64,000 nucleotides of DNA from Bugula neritina (GCA_964035545.1 OZ037768.1:3070741-3134740), one strand, 5' to 3'; positions 12,893 through 29,005 are shown, numbered from the stretch's first letter. Notes: generated from the sequence alone by a model not told the origin. A program made the numbers and translations.

Positions 12893-15800
12893 GTATATAC
12901 ATGTATAGCATTCTAGCTTATAGGATTGTATATAGCAGACTAGTGCAATGGCAGTACATAGTTATAAAAGCATTACAGTATAGTTGGGGTGCAGCCCCAC
13001 CTCCCCACCTCCCTCAAATTATAATCCCTATCACAGCTATTACTGGCCTAGTTTTCACCATCTGCTACTAGTAATCTGTCATTTAGAAAAGAGTGAACGT
13101 GTTAGTATAAGATTTAATATTAATTGTATTTGAATTGTCTCTATTGATTGTTTTGTAAATAAAGCCCTGCAAATGGACATTGTGCTGCCTCTATGCTACT
13201 ATAGAACAATATGGGTGTAGCTTGTACACAGCTGGGTCTAGCATTTATGTATATTATAGTCTTTAAGCACAGTAGTGATTTCATATTTAATATAAGTAGA
13301 ATTGATGGTAAATCTGCCAAATATTGATTCTAGTATTGGTAGAACTGCCAGGTAAACATTGTTTAACTAAAAATATATTTATAGAATCAACAATGATTTT
13401 ATTAATATTAATACCTGCTCATTATGTTGTACTGCAGATGTCATGTGTCAACTTTAGGCAATACATTAATCATAGAAAAATGTAGGCACCAAATAGATAT
13501 TGTATAGCAAGATTAGGCTTATAACAGAAAAACACATGTTTGGTTTGCCTTCCAGGGCCTGCAGGTGTTGACTTGTATCTAGTGTATTGTCAGCTTATAG
13601 TTATAGTCTCTAGTAGAACGATTTCTCTTGCAGCTAGCTGTTAGTTGAGGCACTGTTTCTACAAAATTGTAGCATTATTTTCGGGTGCCTGTAAAGACAC
13701 TACTTAAACTTCTGTTAGGTGCTGAGATGTAGATCTTAGTTTAGGACTGGCATGGCTTGGATTGATGGTTAGACTTTGAGTGTTTCAAGTATGTGTGCTT
13801 CATTTCACAGCAAGCAACTTTTTAAGCAGCAAATATCTGCTCAAACTAGCATAGGTTCTGTGGATAGCTTATAAACTTTAGTAGTTTATCGTGAGAGGGA
13901 ATTAGTTTTCAGCACATTGATTGAGCTCTTAAAGCACCTACTTGCTTAGCAACATAGGGTAAACCCCTACCCACCTCACTGTTAGACTAATTCTAATATA
14001 GGAAATAGGCTAAGTAGTAGGCATATTCTGAAAGCTCATTCTATAGTATAAATGATTCCCCTTAAGCCTATATAACACAATAGCCACTTTTAGCTGTCTG
14101 TGATTGCTATTCAATAAGCTTACAAAAATGATATTATAGTTTCATTGATATGCTGTCAGATGCCAAATCTCTAGCCAAACATTCAAGTTGAACCTCTTTT
14201 ACAATTACATTATATTGATGGTGTCTTTATTGACTGTAGTTATATTTATATACTGAATACAATTATAGAGGTGATATAACCAAAATATTAAACTCTTAGT
14301 TTTTATCTTCGTGTATGTATTGCTGAAGGTATGAGTGTAAAAATGTATTTAATAAAAGATAATATTTTGTATTTAGCAATGACATATTATTAAAAGCACT
14401 AAACATAAAGCACTGAGGCTATATTTCCAGTTTGTCTAGGCATATAGTTTATATATAAAAATCATTAATCAATGCAGATTTGGACTGCAAAATTATAGTA
14501 ACATTGCATAATAAGACCTCTACATCAATAATTACTTTAAATAGAATAACAAGAAGTTAATTATTCGCCATCAGCTCAACTTCATTACCAATGAGCTGCT
14601 TAAATTCATGAGAAGACAACTTCTTCAATACCGTAATAAAAAGGTACATTGGTTATGTGAATATATAATATATACATGTATGCTTAATTTGATGTATATT
14701 TGCAACAACGTTCTTTATGGACAATAACTGATTAAAATTTAAAATACTTTTTATTATAAATTATGCTTTATGCATTCGATAACCTTAGAAAAGTTATTTT
14801 TATAAAAACTTTGTGAAATTTGTTTTAGAATATATTTCAAACTAATATTTTAATCTGTTTACCTTAAATTTTCTCTATTATAAGATTGAAGGACTCTAAT
14901 GTTAATTATATATCAAGTATTTATAATAATTATAATAGCCTTACTGTAAAGGACTGTTAAGAATAAGCTGCATGCTGGTCAGACAGTGGAGCAGCTACAA
15001 TATGACTCAACAGTTAAAGTTACTCTACTCTAGTTAGCCAATGTTATATTTGATCACAGTTTCTTCGGTTTTTGCTACTCCAGAAGTCATCTAAATTTAC
15101 TATAAGGAGTTTCACAAGAGTTTGCTTCTTTGCAACTACTTGAGAGTTATCTTCTAAATATACATACTTTTAGTGAGGAGACAACTCTAATAAAAATGTA
15201 AATAACATTTTTGTATGTGAATCTACATGGACCTTCTCCAACTTCATCTTTTTGAATTCACTACAAAGAATCATGATTGAAATTTGTTAATGCAGGCCTT
15301 GGGGCTGTCAATACAACCACTGCTGAAAAATCTTTAACATAAATCATCAAAAAGTATCATTACTTTTGGTAGAATCTAGGGTGCAGCTCTTGAAGTTTGT
15401 GTACGTACCAGATTTGAACTCTGGTTTGACTCAAAGTACCTGCCAAACAGTGACAGAATAAACGGACGCTGTTTTTGTCTCATAAATCATTCTAATACTT
15501 GAATACGTTAAACTGTAGGCATTGTGACCTCACTTAAAGCCGTGACTCATGCTTTCATCTTTAGCTTTTTATTTGCAATTCCTATACAGACTGGTATTTT
15601 ACAGAAGCTGTAAAATAAAGTTTATTTCAAGCCTTTTGGCTTCAGCATTTTTTTTATATCTTTAGTTTTTAGAAAAGGCAATTTGTTGAAGCTACTGGCA
15701 CTTGTGCTTTATATGGGTTACAAAGTTCAATTGTTTTTAATAGTTGATGAAATGCTTTTAAAGTGACACATAGTAAGTATGTTGAATAAAATGAGCAATT

Positions 15801-16181
15801 TTATGCAAGTTTTGTTTAGAGCTTCATGTTCTAAAATTACAAGTTTTCTGTTTATGATATTGCAAAGCTAAACACTAGCAATTCATACAACACCACATTT
15901 AAGTATAGGAATTATCTGAATTGATATGTATATTATAAATATGAGAGAGAACCACACAAATTAAAATATTTTGAACATACCAAGTGGTTTTATGAAGGAC
16001 AATATACAATTTGTTCTTTATTAACAAATGATTTATGTGCAGTTTATGCTAAAAATTTTGAAAGCTTTGATCTACCAGGTGTCATTGAAATTCGATACTT
16101 TTTTGTTATTTATAGCCATGTGTTCATATTATCTGCAAGTCACTTTTTATAAGAGATACCGTTGTTTACTTATAGATTGAA

Positions 16182-19100
16182 ATGGGACCACCGAAACAGG
16201 CCTATTCCTCCACTCCTCCTTCAAAATCACGACTTCCATTGAAAGCTTTCAGTCTTGGTGTAACCACATTAGGAGCTTCCAGTAATGCCAGTTTCAGCCC
16301 ACAAGATTCTCTAGCAGAGTCGGATGGTAAAAGCACTGGATACTTTTTGCAATTCGCTCAAGAAAAAACTCCATCACCTGGAAAATCAAAAGTAGCTCCC
16401 AAAGCTACAAAGTTGCCTGCAAGAAGTAAAGTAACAGGTCCAAAAACACCATCCAGGTATTCTTCAGGTACTCCAGCTCAGCGAACCAAACTGACCAAAC
16501 AGCAGCAAGCCCATAAGGTCTTACCAAATCGGCCCGTTGTAAAAAAGGTTGCTACTAGTCAGTTGCGACAAAGCCCTGCACAGCAAGCAGACAATAAAAA
16601 GCATAGAGGTCGCTCAGGGAAGGGTTTACCTAAAGATGGATATAGAACTCGTAGTGTATCACCCAAAGTGATTGGCCGTAGACGGCGCAGTAGCTCACCA
16701 AAGCCGTCTGGTTTCCGAACTAGAAGCATTTCGCCAAAGATACTCAAAAGGGAAGACCTCAGCAAAGGTTTGGGCAAAGAGGACATGTTGACTGTGGTTG
16801 ATAAATGTAACAACTTACTGAGAAATTTGACAAATGAGAATGAGTCTCTTGATGCTGAGTCCTTCACATTGAAAGGTGAGCAGACAATAGTAAATAACTG
16901 CGACAGTGCGACTGCAGCTTGTATAGATCAACCTGACTCGTTGTCCACCATAGCAAATGAGATTACAGACAAAAGAACAAACATTGATACAAACAATGCA
17001 CCTTATGATAAAACACATTCCAGTATTCAGCAAGTTGAACCGACTACATTCATCGATTCCATTGAGAACAATTGCATAAACAATGAAGATATTAGCTGTG
17101 AATCAAGTTTTCCAAGTATTAATATTGTGACATTGCCTAGTACAAACATCGCCACTTTATCTGCAGCAGACACTTTAGACACTTCATCTGCCGACACTGT
17201 AGATATCGTTCTAAATTCTGACGAGTTGAATACAACTAAAATTAAGGAGACTACGAAACATAGTTCTAATGACAATAATCTGACATTCCATTCTCCAACT
17301 GGTTGTCAGGAGGAAAGACAACCAGAGCGTGACCTACATTTGGATCATGAAAAAATTGACGACGAATTATCAGTCGCAGTATTTAAGTCGCAGGGTGAAG
17401 TAGAGGGTTTGAAAACTAATCTAGACACCCCAAACTTACATTCAGTTTCACAGAGCTCTCAAGTTGAATCTTTTTCACACGGCCAGAACCTGCCTGCTGA
17501 AGGCATTCCAGCAAACATGGCTTCCTCCTGGATGGACAGGCTCAAGGAGGTTAGTATGCAGATTGTAAGCTGCTAGTTAATATGTAGCTGTTGAAATTGA
17601 ATTTTTAAGTAACTTGGAAGCTATACAGTAGTCTTCATATACAAGGCTATATATTTGTGGCGAGTGCTGACAGCGTGATAGTAAGTAGTAATTGTTAACT
17701 TGATACATGCCCATTTAGCACAGTGTTCCCCACAAAGTGTGGCTGGTTCTATTAACTCGTTAGATACATAAACGAATAAATGAGTGTAAATATGAAGAAA
17801 CCAGGCTATACAAACTGTCTCAATAAACCCGCTCATAATTATAGTAGTCAGTAGCAAGTAGTAGTATAAACACCATTGTCTCTGATTTGTAACTTGTTAG
17901 ATATAGTAGCTAGTTTCAAGTGGTGAGACAGACCGATAGTCAACTTTTATTGTATAAAAGGTGGTAAGTTATAACACTGTAGCGACTTAAGAGATTTTAA
18001 TGCAGTTTCTTTGAGTTTGTGTAGTTGTTTGTGCTAAATGTGAAACTGGTTAACGATTTGAATTTCAGGATTTGGACAATGACGAGGAATGGCTTTCTGA
18101 AGAAGAAGAGTTTCAGAGAGAACAAGAGGAGAAACTGAGAGCTGCCGCACAAAGAGCAGCTTTAGCTCAGGCAGAATCATCATCAGAGGACGAGCAGGTT
18201 GGCTTAAGACGCCCCCAATCGATCCCTAAAAAGACAGACAGTCGAAGAGATTACCACGATGATAGCTTAGACTCTTCCGACGAAGAACACCAAGGCTTTA
18301 AATATAATCACAGAAACTTTGCTGTGAGGAAGTCTATGAACAGACCGAGCTACAGCACTGAGGATTACTCGTCTGAAGAGGAGCTGGTGATGAGCAGCGG
18401 CGCTAGGGGTGGGCGAGCCCCTCCTGAACCAAACCATGACGAAATGGGTGAGTAATTGATGCCGGATGAGTGAGTCAGTGCTTCTAGCCTGACTGCTTCG
18501 TGTTGTTTTAGCAAAATGACTTGGTTTTCTATTTGGTGCAGTTATAGCGTGTGTAGTAGCAGTAGCCCCAACTAATGATTTACATGGTGGAAGTATTAGT
18601 ATCTAATCACAACTCACTAAGCAGTTTTGGAGTATGTAGATGACTCAGGTTATTAGATGCAGATATATTCTGGTTTCATAGAGCCAACTATGGCTTATAT
18701 AGTGATCATAGGTTATTATTAGATATACAGCATTTAAGATGTTTTAAATGAATGCCAAATCTCTATGGACATTTCCTGTATATTGTTACAAGAAGAAATA
18801 CCTGTGCCAGCGTACAAGTACATACATGATTTCCCAGTGTACATATTGTACCAGTTTATATGCATATTGTACCAGTGTACATGTATATTGGACCAGTGTA
18901 CATACATGATTTACCAGTGTATAGTATACATATTGTACCAGGGTAGGTAATTCAGTCCTTCACCCCACCTATCACTTTATCAGCAGCACTCGAGCATGTT
19001 TTGAAGGTTTTACAGCACATGAGTCATTCACTATAAAACGCAGAGTCCAAGTTGAAGACTATCAGGTTGCATTTGATGTACTCAGCTCTCTTGGTCTGGC

Positions 19101-22100
19101 ATTACACTCCTGTAATTACTAGATATGATCCTCTTTAGTGGATATATATATATAGTAGAAATAACTTCAAAGCTTTGTTTTACAGCTAAAATTGTTTTCA
19201 ATATTAGCCAGAAAGCTAAAAGATATAATATACTGCAAACCATATGTGCAATAAAAGTAGCATGTTTTGAAAATGACCATGAAAGCCAGATGTGCTTTAA
19301 ACTTTAATGTTTTTACACTGAATTGTGCTGCCCATGGGTTTTGGTGATTGGCATTAGGACAAAAAAGAGCTGAATAATTTCACACTGCTTTGTTATTACT
19401 AGCTATGTAATCTAATATAATATTATAATTTAAAATGCTTCTGGTAATTTAGGTTGTTCTTTTAACATGTAAACTGCATAGAGTTTAGCAAGTGTCATGA
19501 TCATTTTTGGTCTCATTCAAGAGCCTGTCTTATGATTCTTCCACTTCATCTACTTGAAAGACATTATTTAGGCCTTTTTCTCTTTCCACAACATAGTAAC
19601 CCATACTAGTAGCTCTACTCATGTAAGCTCCATATTAGTTTACTAGCAGGTAACACACCCAGTGTACTATCCTTGTATCTTTTAGTATGCTACTCTTTTG
19701 TAAACACTACCCAACTGACAGCTATTCACATCTTGCATCTCAACACTTATCTCATCAATAAATAAATAATTATTCAAATAAACTGATAGCTCATAGCCTT
19801 TGATTATAGCCTTTGATTATAGCTCAGAACCTGTGATTATGTGGAATCTAAGCTATTGCATTTGTGACATATTTTTTCCAATAACATCAGCACTGTTTTT
19901 GTATTTGATTAACACATGCTTTTCTTAGCTGGTGGAAATTAAAACTAAACAATACAACTTGTGCAGATTTTATCTGATGAACCTCTTTGAAGAGGACACA
20001 CTGAAGACAATTGTACTAGAAAATTCTTAGTGTCTTACTCTAAGATAAGATATGTAATATTATATCTGAATAAGTCGCATTGATCTCTTTGCTTGCTAGC
20101 CATAGTAAATATACGAATAAGATAAAATGTAGCCAGCTATGCTGAAGTCTTTCACCAAGTATCTTTTGACAACCATCAATCACTTGGCCCAATGCCTAGT
20201 AACTGACAGAAGACGCATCCATGTACTAGTCCTAATCTGTAGAATCCTCTCTACATGAATTCCTTGCTGCAACTTGTCCATTAGCTGTATAGAAATGGAT
20301 AGTTTTGACGGCAATGATGGATGGTAATTATAGGCTAAGTTACAGAAGGCGTGGAATGTTGCTATTGCCATTTCTCCATGCTTCATTTGGCCAACACAAA
20401 GCTTAACCCACACTGAGCTCTCAGCCTCACTATGATATGTAGTTACTAATTACTAGGGAAGACATCATTGGCCATAAGTTTGCCATCTGCTTGTGTTTGA
20501 TTTACTCTGAGAAACAATGAGCTTTTACACTGCTAGCAGCATAATTCTGCCATTTCAAAAATCAATTATTTGGATTAAGTCTTTTGAAACATTTGCTCAA
20601 ACTTTACTGCAGCTTTGTAGTCCAGTACTAGATATATTTTGCACTTTTAGTTGTTTCTAATTTCTAACAGTAGACGTACTTTCCTTTGTTTTCTGAAAAC
20701 TGACATGGCAGATTGTTACAGTTGATATATATATAACTACATTCCGTACATTCAGTATGCTAGCAATTATTTACACTGTCGGTGTTCTGCCTCTAATAGC
20801 TAATTTTACTGCAGAATTCAGCTGGCAGAAAGTGAAACTGGGGGTTTCTACTAACCTACTTTCTACAGGGTGCTCATTGTAATTCAGTACACATTAACTC
20901 TAGTTATCAAGTTTAGAATAAATAAATGTGGTTACAGATGGAATAAATGTGTTCAATGTCTTTACTGATAGCCTTAGCTCTCAAAACCCAGTTTGTGCTG
21001 TTTAAAGACAGTTGCGTGTGTAATAGACAATATATAGTAATAAAATCTTTGGACCCTATTTCTTCATGTACAGCTATAACAGCCACATGATTGCTGTGGT
21101 TTGTTTCAATTCTTAACTGATAAATAATGGTTAATCCTGGTGATAGAGAAAAGCTGGCACTTGAGTTGTTGCAAAATATTATATTGTCTGGGGAATGTTA
21201 ATCTACCAGCCTTCTACCATATGCACACGAACAGTATGTACACTCCTGAGGGGGTGGGCTGACTTGCTAAATGACAAAGTTCTTTATCAGCTTTTAGATC
21301 TTGCAAATTGAAAATGCTCCTTAAAAACCATTTTAGTTTATTTTCTGTGAATTTTCTATGTTGGTGTGACACAAGCATCTAGAGTTATTGGTTTCTGTTG
21401 TTAGACTTGATGGTGAAGAAAAACTTGGCATATGTTAACCCCAATGAGCTGGACAAGATGGATATTCTCACATCTGACCTTGATTCACCTGCTGATCAAC
21501 TTCGTGTTGAGGTATGTGTGTATTGCCCGCAATAAAAACTTTATCAGTTAGAGAAACCTAATCTATCTCGTTTCCTGTTAGACTTTCTTTTATACGAGCA
21601 GCAAGTCTTTATCTTTGCTGGCCACAGGGGTGGCCAGGGGAGGGGAAGAAGTTAAATAACATAGCACTGAATCCTACAGCTAGTAAGAATTCTGTAACCT
21701 AACTAGCCAATATGATTTGGTTTTCCTCTCTAAAACATTAATTAAGTCAAATTTTAGCAATCAAAAAAACCTTTTTTTGAAAGTCTTTGGATATTATAGT
21801 CCCCTGTCTTTTGTGGCTAAATTAGATTTATTGAGGATGCATCTGCCAGTGTCAGTTTACTACCTGGGAGGAGATTGGCCTATGTCTTAGGTCCTGTCAA
21901 TTACTCAAACTAATTATAGTTTTTATGACAATCAGTCTATAAAATCATAAACATATTATTTGAATGAATGATTCAGCTGAACTGTCAGATTTGGGTCAAC
22001 ATTCCCACTACAAAGACAATAATAATATATTATATGCCTACTTGAGTGTGGAGTGGAGAATGAATAGGCTGTACTATCACATACACCTTCTTTAATAAAA

Positions 22101-25100
22101 TATAATTACAGTCCACAAGTAATGTCACACTACCTATCAATTTCAATAGTTGAGGCAGGTAACTTGTATTACTTGTTTACTAGCTGTATAACCTGACTTG
22201 CAAGAGTTTTATCTCAGGCTATTATTACTTTAATCAACTATAGAGAGTAGTAAACTTTCCATGTTTCCTTCTATAACGTTAAAGCAATAGATGGTATTAA
22301 CAGAGTCTGAGCCAGGCAAGTGAATGTATCAAACCATGGCAACAGTAATTGGCACTAATTCATGTTTTCTTGTAAAAGTTTTAGTCATTCGTCATAGCTG
22401 ATCAATGCAGATTTAAGTAGGTTGAACTATCGTAATCAGTTGCCATGGAAACGTACATGTTTTAAATACTTGCCCTGAAATACGAAATGGACGTTTGTAA
22501 AACAACAATGAGAAAAATGGGAAATTAGATTCATAACTTTAACCAGTAGTATAGTTAGGCCCAGTGCTCTTCCGTTCAACACTAGCCAGCTATTTTAAAA
22601 CTAGGTGAGTATAGATTATGCAGTAGGGAAGTTTGTGGAGATGTTGTGTAGACACGAATCTTGTATACAGGACAGGCTTGAGTGATTACATATTTAGTAG
22701 TTCATATACAGCTTGTGATAGCAAATTCTTAGCAGAAAATGTTACCTTCACATTAACGAATCACGTTTATAAATATTAACCAGAGTTTCCTTATATACTC
22801 TCATAACACATGTACAGAAAGCTATGTGACTGGCAACTTTACTTTGCTGTCCTTTGAGAAATGTGATAATTGTCGTGGTGTTCTGGTAAGATGTTTACTG
22901 TGTGTAATACAGAGTGGTGTGGGGGAGATAATTAGCGGTGAAGAGGAACCCTATTCAAGTGGTGATCTACTACATACAGCAGATGGTCAGATTGACATTA
23001 GAGAAGGCAGTGAATATGACAGAGATGTGGAAGTAAGTCTGAGTTGTTTTCTCTTGCAAGTTGTATATTGTTTTATGGTTTAACAGGTACTTCTGTACTT
23101 AGCTACAAAAAGCTTACTATACCACCTCAATGTACCTGTTATTAGGTATGCTTGTATTCCTACAAAATAAAGTCATTTGCATGTAAAATCTCGAATTTAC
23201 AGCATTAATTTTTAGTGTTAGGGGAGACAACTTGCAACAAATAAATTTAAATTTTATTGGTTGCGTTACATGCCCAATATATATGTCTATACTTATACTT
23301 ATAATGTCAGAGTTTTGCAATGCACACAATGCACACAATGCACACCGTGTCATTTAAAGCACTCCAGCTATTTTTAGCATTCTTGGGTGACATTTACTAT
23401 TGGTAAAATGGTACGTGTAAGTGTTATCTCATTACAAAACCGTCAGACCAAATATAAAAGAGTTACTCTTAATTTAACCTTCAAAACAAACAAACCTTAA
23501 AATACTAGTTTTATTTAGTTTAGGTTTCCAATTATTTGATAAGAATTTATGCTCGATATTTATGTTATACAAAAGCAGACAATTTCTCTTTCACAAATTA
23601 CAACTATGTGTTGCCAACGGCATTTTCTTTAGCTACATAGCCAGTAACTACACATGGTTTTCTTATTAAGCTGTTGGGTTTATACTGTCCCCCACGACCT
23701 CCATCTGCTAAGTTTTAGCGTTTCCATAGGCTAGGAAGAAATAATTAATTACAATTTGCCACAGAATTCCCTTGCTATGTTCATTCAGTGAATATGTGGC
23801 AAAAATATTTCTTCGTTCTGTTTTGAATTACTGTGTATGAATAATATCAACCAAAAAGGAATGCCTTTGAAGAATTAATGCCCAACAATATAAGATGATA
23901 TTGCTCTATATATTTTGCTCTCTATCAACTAGCATATGTTTCGAATTGTATCTCAGAATCATGATTACGAATGCTGTCAGAAAATGTTGCGATGAATCTG
24001 TTTCTGTTGAATATTTTCTAAAATAACGCATGATGCTGATTTACGAGATGATATTTTCATTGAAGTTGAGTTGGACATGTTGTATAGTAACAGGGGACAT
24101 AATATTGTATAGTAACAGTGAACATATTGCATAGTGAATTGGACATGTTGTATAGTAGTAGCAGCCACAGTGTAGAATTAAATGTTTCCAGATATAGAAA
24201 ATAAATTTGTTTATAATTTGATATTGACAACTAAAGCTGAATTTAATAGCTCCTTATGTCAGGTTGAAAATATTTTCTCACTAAATAACTATACAGGTTG
24301 AAATCAACTTAGTAGTCTACGTTCAGTAGTGTGCAGTCTTTTATAGCTTAGCATTAATTGAAATCTGCAGTTATATCTACAAAACATAAAAAGCAATTTG
24401 CAACCGAATATTACTGCTTTTATCCCAGACAGAAGCTTCTCCTTAGATTTTTTATTTTGGTACCATTATATAGTATAGTAATATACCTATATATACCTAT
24501 ATGGCTGTGGTATTGATTGCTAAATAGCTATTATGCTAATAGTAATAGCTATAATAGCTAACATGAATTATCTGGAATAATATTCCAATTTTCACAGATT
24601 TGTGTGGAACGAAAATATAGTAATACATTAATAATAGACATTATCTTTAATGTATAATTATTAACGAGATATCTTTTCAAACAAGAAGAAGTATAGAAAA
24701 TGCAAAATTAATAAGTTAATTCAGATCAAAGGAATTTGTTTATGTGCTAAATTGATCTAAGTTTATTTAAATATACATATATTTTACTGATATTCAAATA
24801 AATTGCACATAAAATATATATTGTACCAAAATAAATAAATAGCGTCTAACTGGGAAGCGTCATGTGGGATGACACCATATTACGACATGGAAAGTAAATA
24901 GTCTATTCACTTCCCTATTAGACAGACACCAATGTAAACTAAATAAAATCTAGATTTTGGTCATCAAGATTTTCTCAAATGCGCTACTTTTAGTTGAGCA
25001 GTTTCATGGGTACGAATGCAATATGATGAGAACAAAGTCTAAGATGTTATTAGTATTATTTTACAAATAAATTATTTGGTAGCCACACGTAGGCTTGCGG

Positions 25101-28100
25101 TCAACACTGCTACTACTACAACTGGCTACACAATCTGACTACTATCAGGCATCGAAGGGTTAAAGGTTAAATAAACGGAATGATTAGACTTATTCAGATG
25201 TTGTTGTATTCGGTTAGGTGAGTGGCAGTCTAGAAGTAGTTCGTGACACTAGAGAAACTGATGCTTCTGTCAGCTCACAGTACACGTTCTCTGCTGATAC
25301 CAACAGCTATTCCGGAGCTGGAAAAGACGATTTGCATAATAAAGGTGAGGATTTATCACATGAATAATATTAATAACTATATAAGTATTTTAGATATATA
25401 ATTATATGTATTACTGGGTCTTTTTAAATTTTAACATAGCTATTTCTTAATTGTTTACTGTCAGTTATATCAGAATCTATCATAAGATTTAATAATAAAA
25501 TAAATAAGCAGTTCTATTTGTTATTAAGTGCCCTTTTATTTTATCAAGTTTGCCGTAACATCTGGAACTGGTGATTGTCAAATGACTGAGGTCAACCAAT
25601 GAGAAATTCTTCTAAATGAATATAGAATTTTAAATATGAATATTTAACTAAATCTGATATATAAATATTTATATACTTATTCCTACTGTGGCATGCTAGA
25701 AATTGCTTAGTTCTGGACAGTCGTGCATATGTCATATCTAGAAACATGATTACCCGAAATGAGAATTGTAAATGGAATATCAAATATGCCAACTTTTCAG
25801 TGTTACGATGATTGTAATTAGTGAAGATAATCTCAATCTGTGTCTCTTGATTATGCAAGAAATATTTTTATCTAAGATCAGTTTTACTAATAAATTCTAT
25901 GAATTCCGATTAGCAAGAGTTTCTATGACACACCAGGATGAGTTTGGAAACTTCAGATATCTCTCATGTTTAGAGAAAACAGTTCCACGCTGTCTTCTTT
26001 AATGAATTCCGATATGTATGGAGATAACTTTTTAGTTATTACATGATAATGGCTGACCTATAAATTGTCTCAGAATATGACTTTCTGTTAAATTTTTTCG
26101 AGCTGATGCTACACTGAACGAAGTGCTAGTTGGAAGTATTAGATCTCCAACCATCTGCAAACTCATCTCATTGGATGTTGTGTATCAAGAGGTGAAATAG
26201 GAGCATAGGGCCAAAATCTAGATTCTGTAAAAAGATAGTTGCACAAGAAAGAGCTAATTAAATCACTTACATCTAAATGCCAAACTTTAAACTAACAATT
26301 AGAAATTTAGGCTAGGCATTTTTTTTCAATCAAAGTTCTAAAAGATTGAGTCATTCAGTGCATCTTCAACTGGTTACTATTTTCTCTTCGAAGTAGCTTT
26401 TTCTAGATCTCTCCTCTCACTCCAAAGTAAGGGCATCTTACCACTAGCACAGTAGCAGTTGCTGTGGTTGTCCTGACGTGACACCAGCTATCAATAACCA
26501 GTATTACAGTATACCCCCACTGTAATGAACATGTGTGGTAATGGATTGGAATTCCACAACGAACTATAATTATTTTCAACTGTGGTAGATTTTCTTACCA
26601 GGTAACCACCTGGTGTATTCATGGATTTAAGGATAATTTAATTACATAATAATTACACAAAGTGCTGGGTGTAGTGTCCTCAACCCATACCTTCTATCAT
26701 CTCATGCAGACACAGTTATTGCTATACAATTATTAATTTACCATTTTTCATCAGAGATAAGAGCAAGATTACAGATCTTCTGTCTATAAAATACCACATT
26801 TTTGTCATATCTGTGTTGTTTTGCCTTCCTTAATAGGTATTATGAAATAGTGCAGCTGTATTCTTGTTCATTCTCTGTTATAAAGATCTAATGCAAAAAG
26901 TTGTTATGATTGTAAGAAAAGAGATTTCATTTTGAGCATTTACTGATTTTTTGTGTTTATGGCAGAATTCATTGAAATGTTAGTTCTAAACTAGTTTATT
27001 TTCTTAGTCTGATACAGTAAACATAGTGTAATGTGTTATGAATCACTCAGAAATAGTCATGATTGCAAAAGAATTAGTTAGTTGTTAGTTAGTTAGCTGT
27101 TCCGAGTGTTGTGTAAATAAACAAGAGTTCATGTGATGCTTACTGTCCCAACATCCTCCTCTCTGCTTTTTGCCATAACTCCTTATCAGCGAAATATTCC
27201 TGATATAATTCTAATTTAGCTCTAAATCTGGTTGGCTGAATTTGTTCGAACAATTTCCACGCTCTGTACAAAGTATACTTGTGGTACAGTAATTCTCAAC
27301 TCTATACTGGTTAAATATTTTGTTAGGCTTTTGTTTTGTATAGACTGTCTGGCTTTTATTATGGCAGCAATTTAATGCCGTTGGTAAACAGCTGCCATAT
27401 TAAGGAGAGGAAGCATCTAGTAATCTTTCATTCTGTTTTGCTGAAGAATCATGTTGGCAGCTTTCAGGCAGCTTCAACCCACCTATGAAAATAGCTCGTT
27501 CATTGAGCAGTTCACCAGTAATTCATGGGCTGAGAAAGGGGCTGGATTAGTTTACTAGAGTGTAAAACATAAAGGGAATTTTTAGCATTGCTGTTGGTGT
27601 TTTCTGGTAGCAATTTGTTGCTAAACTTACTAACTGCTAGTATTACTGACTACAGCGACTGTATTAGTTCTCACTGTACTAGTGTTGAGGAAATTCTTCT
27701 AGCTAATTTCTAAATTATAACCGACATTTCATTAAATACCGCAAGTTATGAACTGAATAGTTTAACACAGCTTAGGTACCTGTATTTTTGGTAATATCAA
27801 ATTTTTATGATGTTGCCATGGCAACCATTCTATAGTAAATTTCACTACAACCACTTCATATTGTAGAGAGAGATAGAGAAGAGCTCATTCATGCATTAGC
27901 TCAAGACCTTACTCAAACTGAAAAGGAGGCTTCCACTGATCAACGCCCCATTTATTCTGATGTAGATACGGGCTACATCCCAGACGAACAACTTTCACCA
28001 ACTGAGAAAGACAAAGAGCCCATGGCAAGTGGCAGTCACATGATCTCGGGCTACAGCACAGAAGTGCTCAGACCTTCTCGGAACAGAGACTGGAGAAGGC

Positions 28101-29005
28101 AACTGAGTGAGAAATTAAATGAATGGGAGGATGAGCTACCACCCGTAAATGTAGATAAATCTGATAGATTGCAAGCTAAAGATGAGGCCGTCACTTCCTT
28201 CATGGCTGAAGAGGATGAAAATGCCGAGGAAGATGCGAGTGGTGACGTCGAGTCAACAAAACCAGTGCTAGAGAGATCTCGGTCTACGGAGGAGGAGCTG
28301 CGGGAGAAGGTGGAGGACAGTCTTCACAATAAGATACGAGACTGGAAGAACATGACTGCCGAGTCCGTAACAGGTAGTTTCATCAGTAAATTATCTTGTC
28401 ATTGAAGACTTGCATTGTATTATTCTAGCATTTTATAGCTGATAAAGTTTTTTCCAAGTGTAAAGACAACTACTATGGGTTTGCTCCATACTCAATGCTC
28501 ATCCCTAGCTATATTTTTCAACGTTAGCTGTTGAAAAAAGTTGATCATTTGAAAGATGCAACTTTGCTTTACCCTGAATAGCTAGTGCTTAGTAGGGCTG
28601 GATTTTAGACTAACTCAATATTTATTTTGGTTGTATTGCTTGTTGACTTTGGCTAATAGAGGAAGGGTGCAGTTGCAGGAATGCACAGGTGAATCTATTT
28701 TATTCAGGTCAACTAGATGAGTGGCAGTCTCTTGGTAACTTCAATGTACCACCCGGTAAAAGGAGATCACATGACCCGCCATGTGGTGATACAGACATGC
28801 CTGCTGAAAAGAAGAGAGATCTACTGTTGATAGGTTAGTTATTTTCTTACTCAATCTCTCCCTCTGTTTCTACTCACTCCTCACCCTCTCTCCCTCCCTC
28901 TCTCTCCCTCTCTCTCTCCCTCTCTCTCCCTCTCTCTCCCTTTCTCTTCCTCCCTCTCCCTCCCTCTCCCTCTCTCTCCCTCTCTCTCCCTCTCTCCCCC
29001 TCTTT

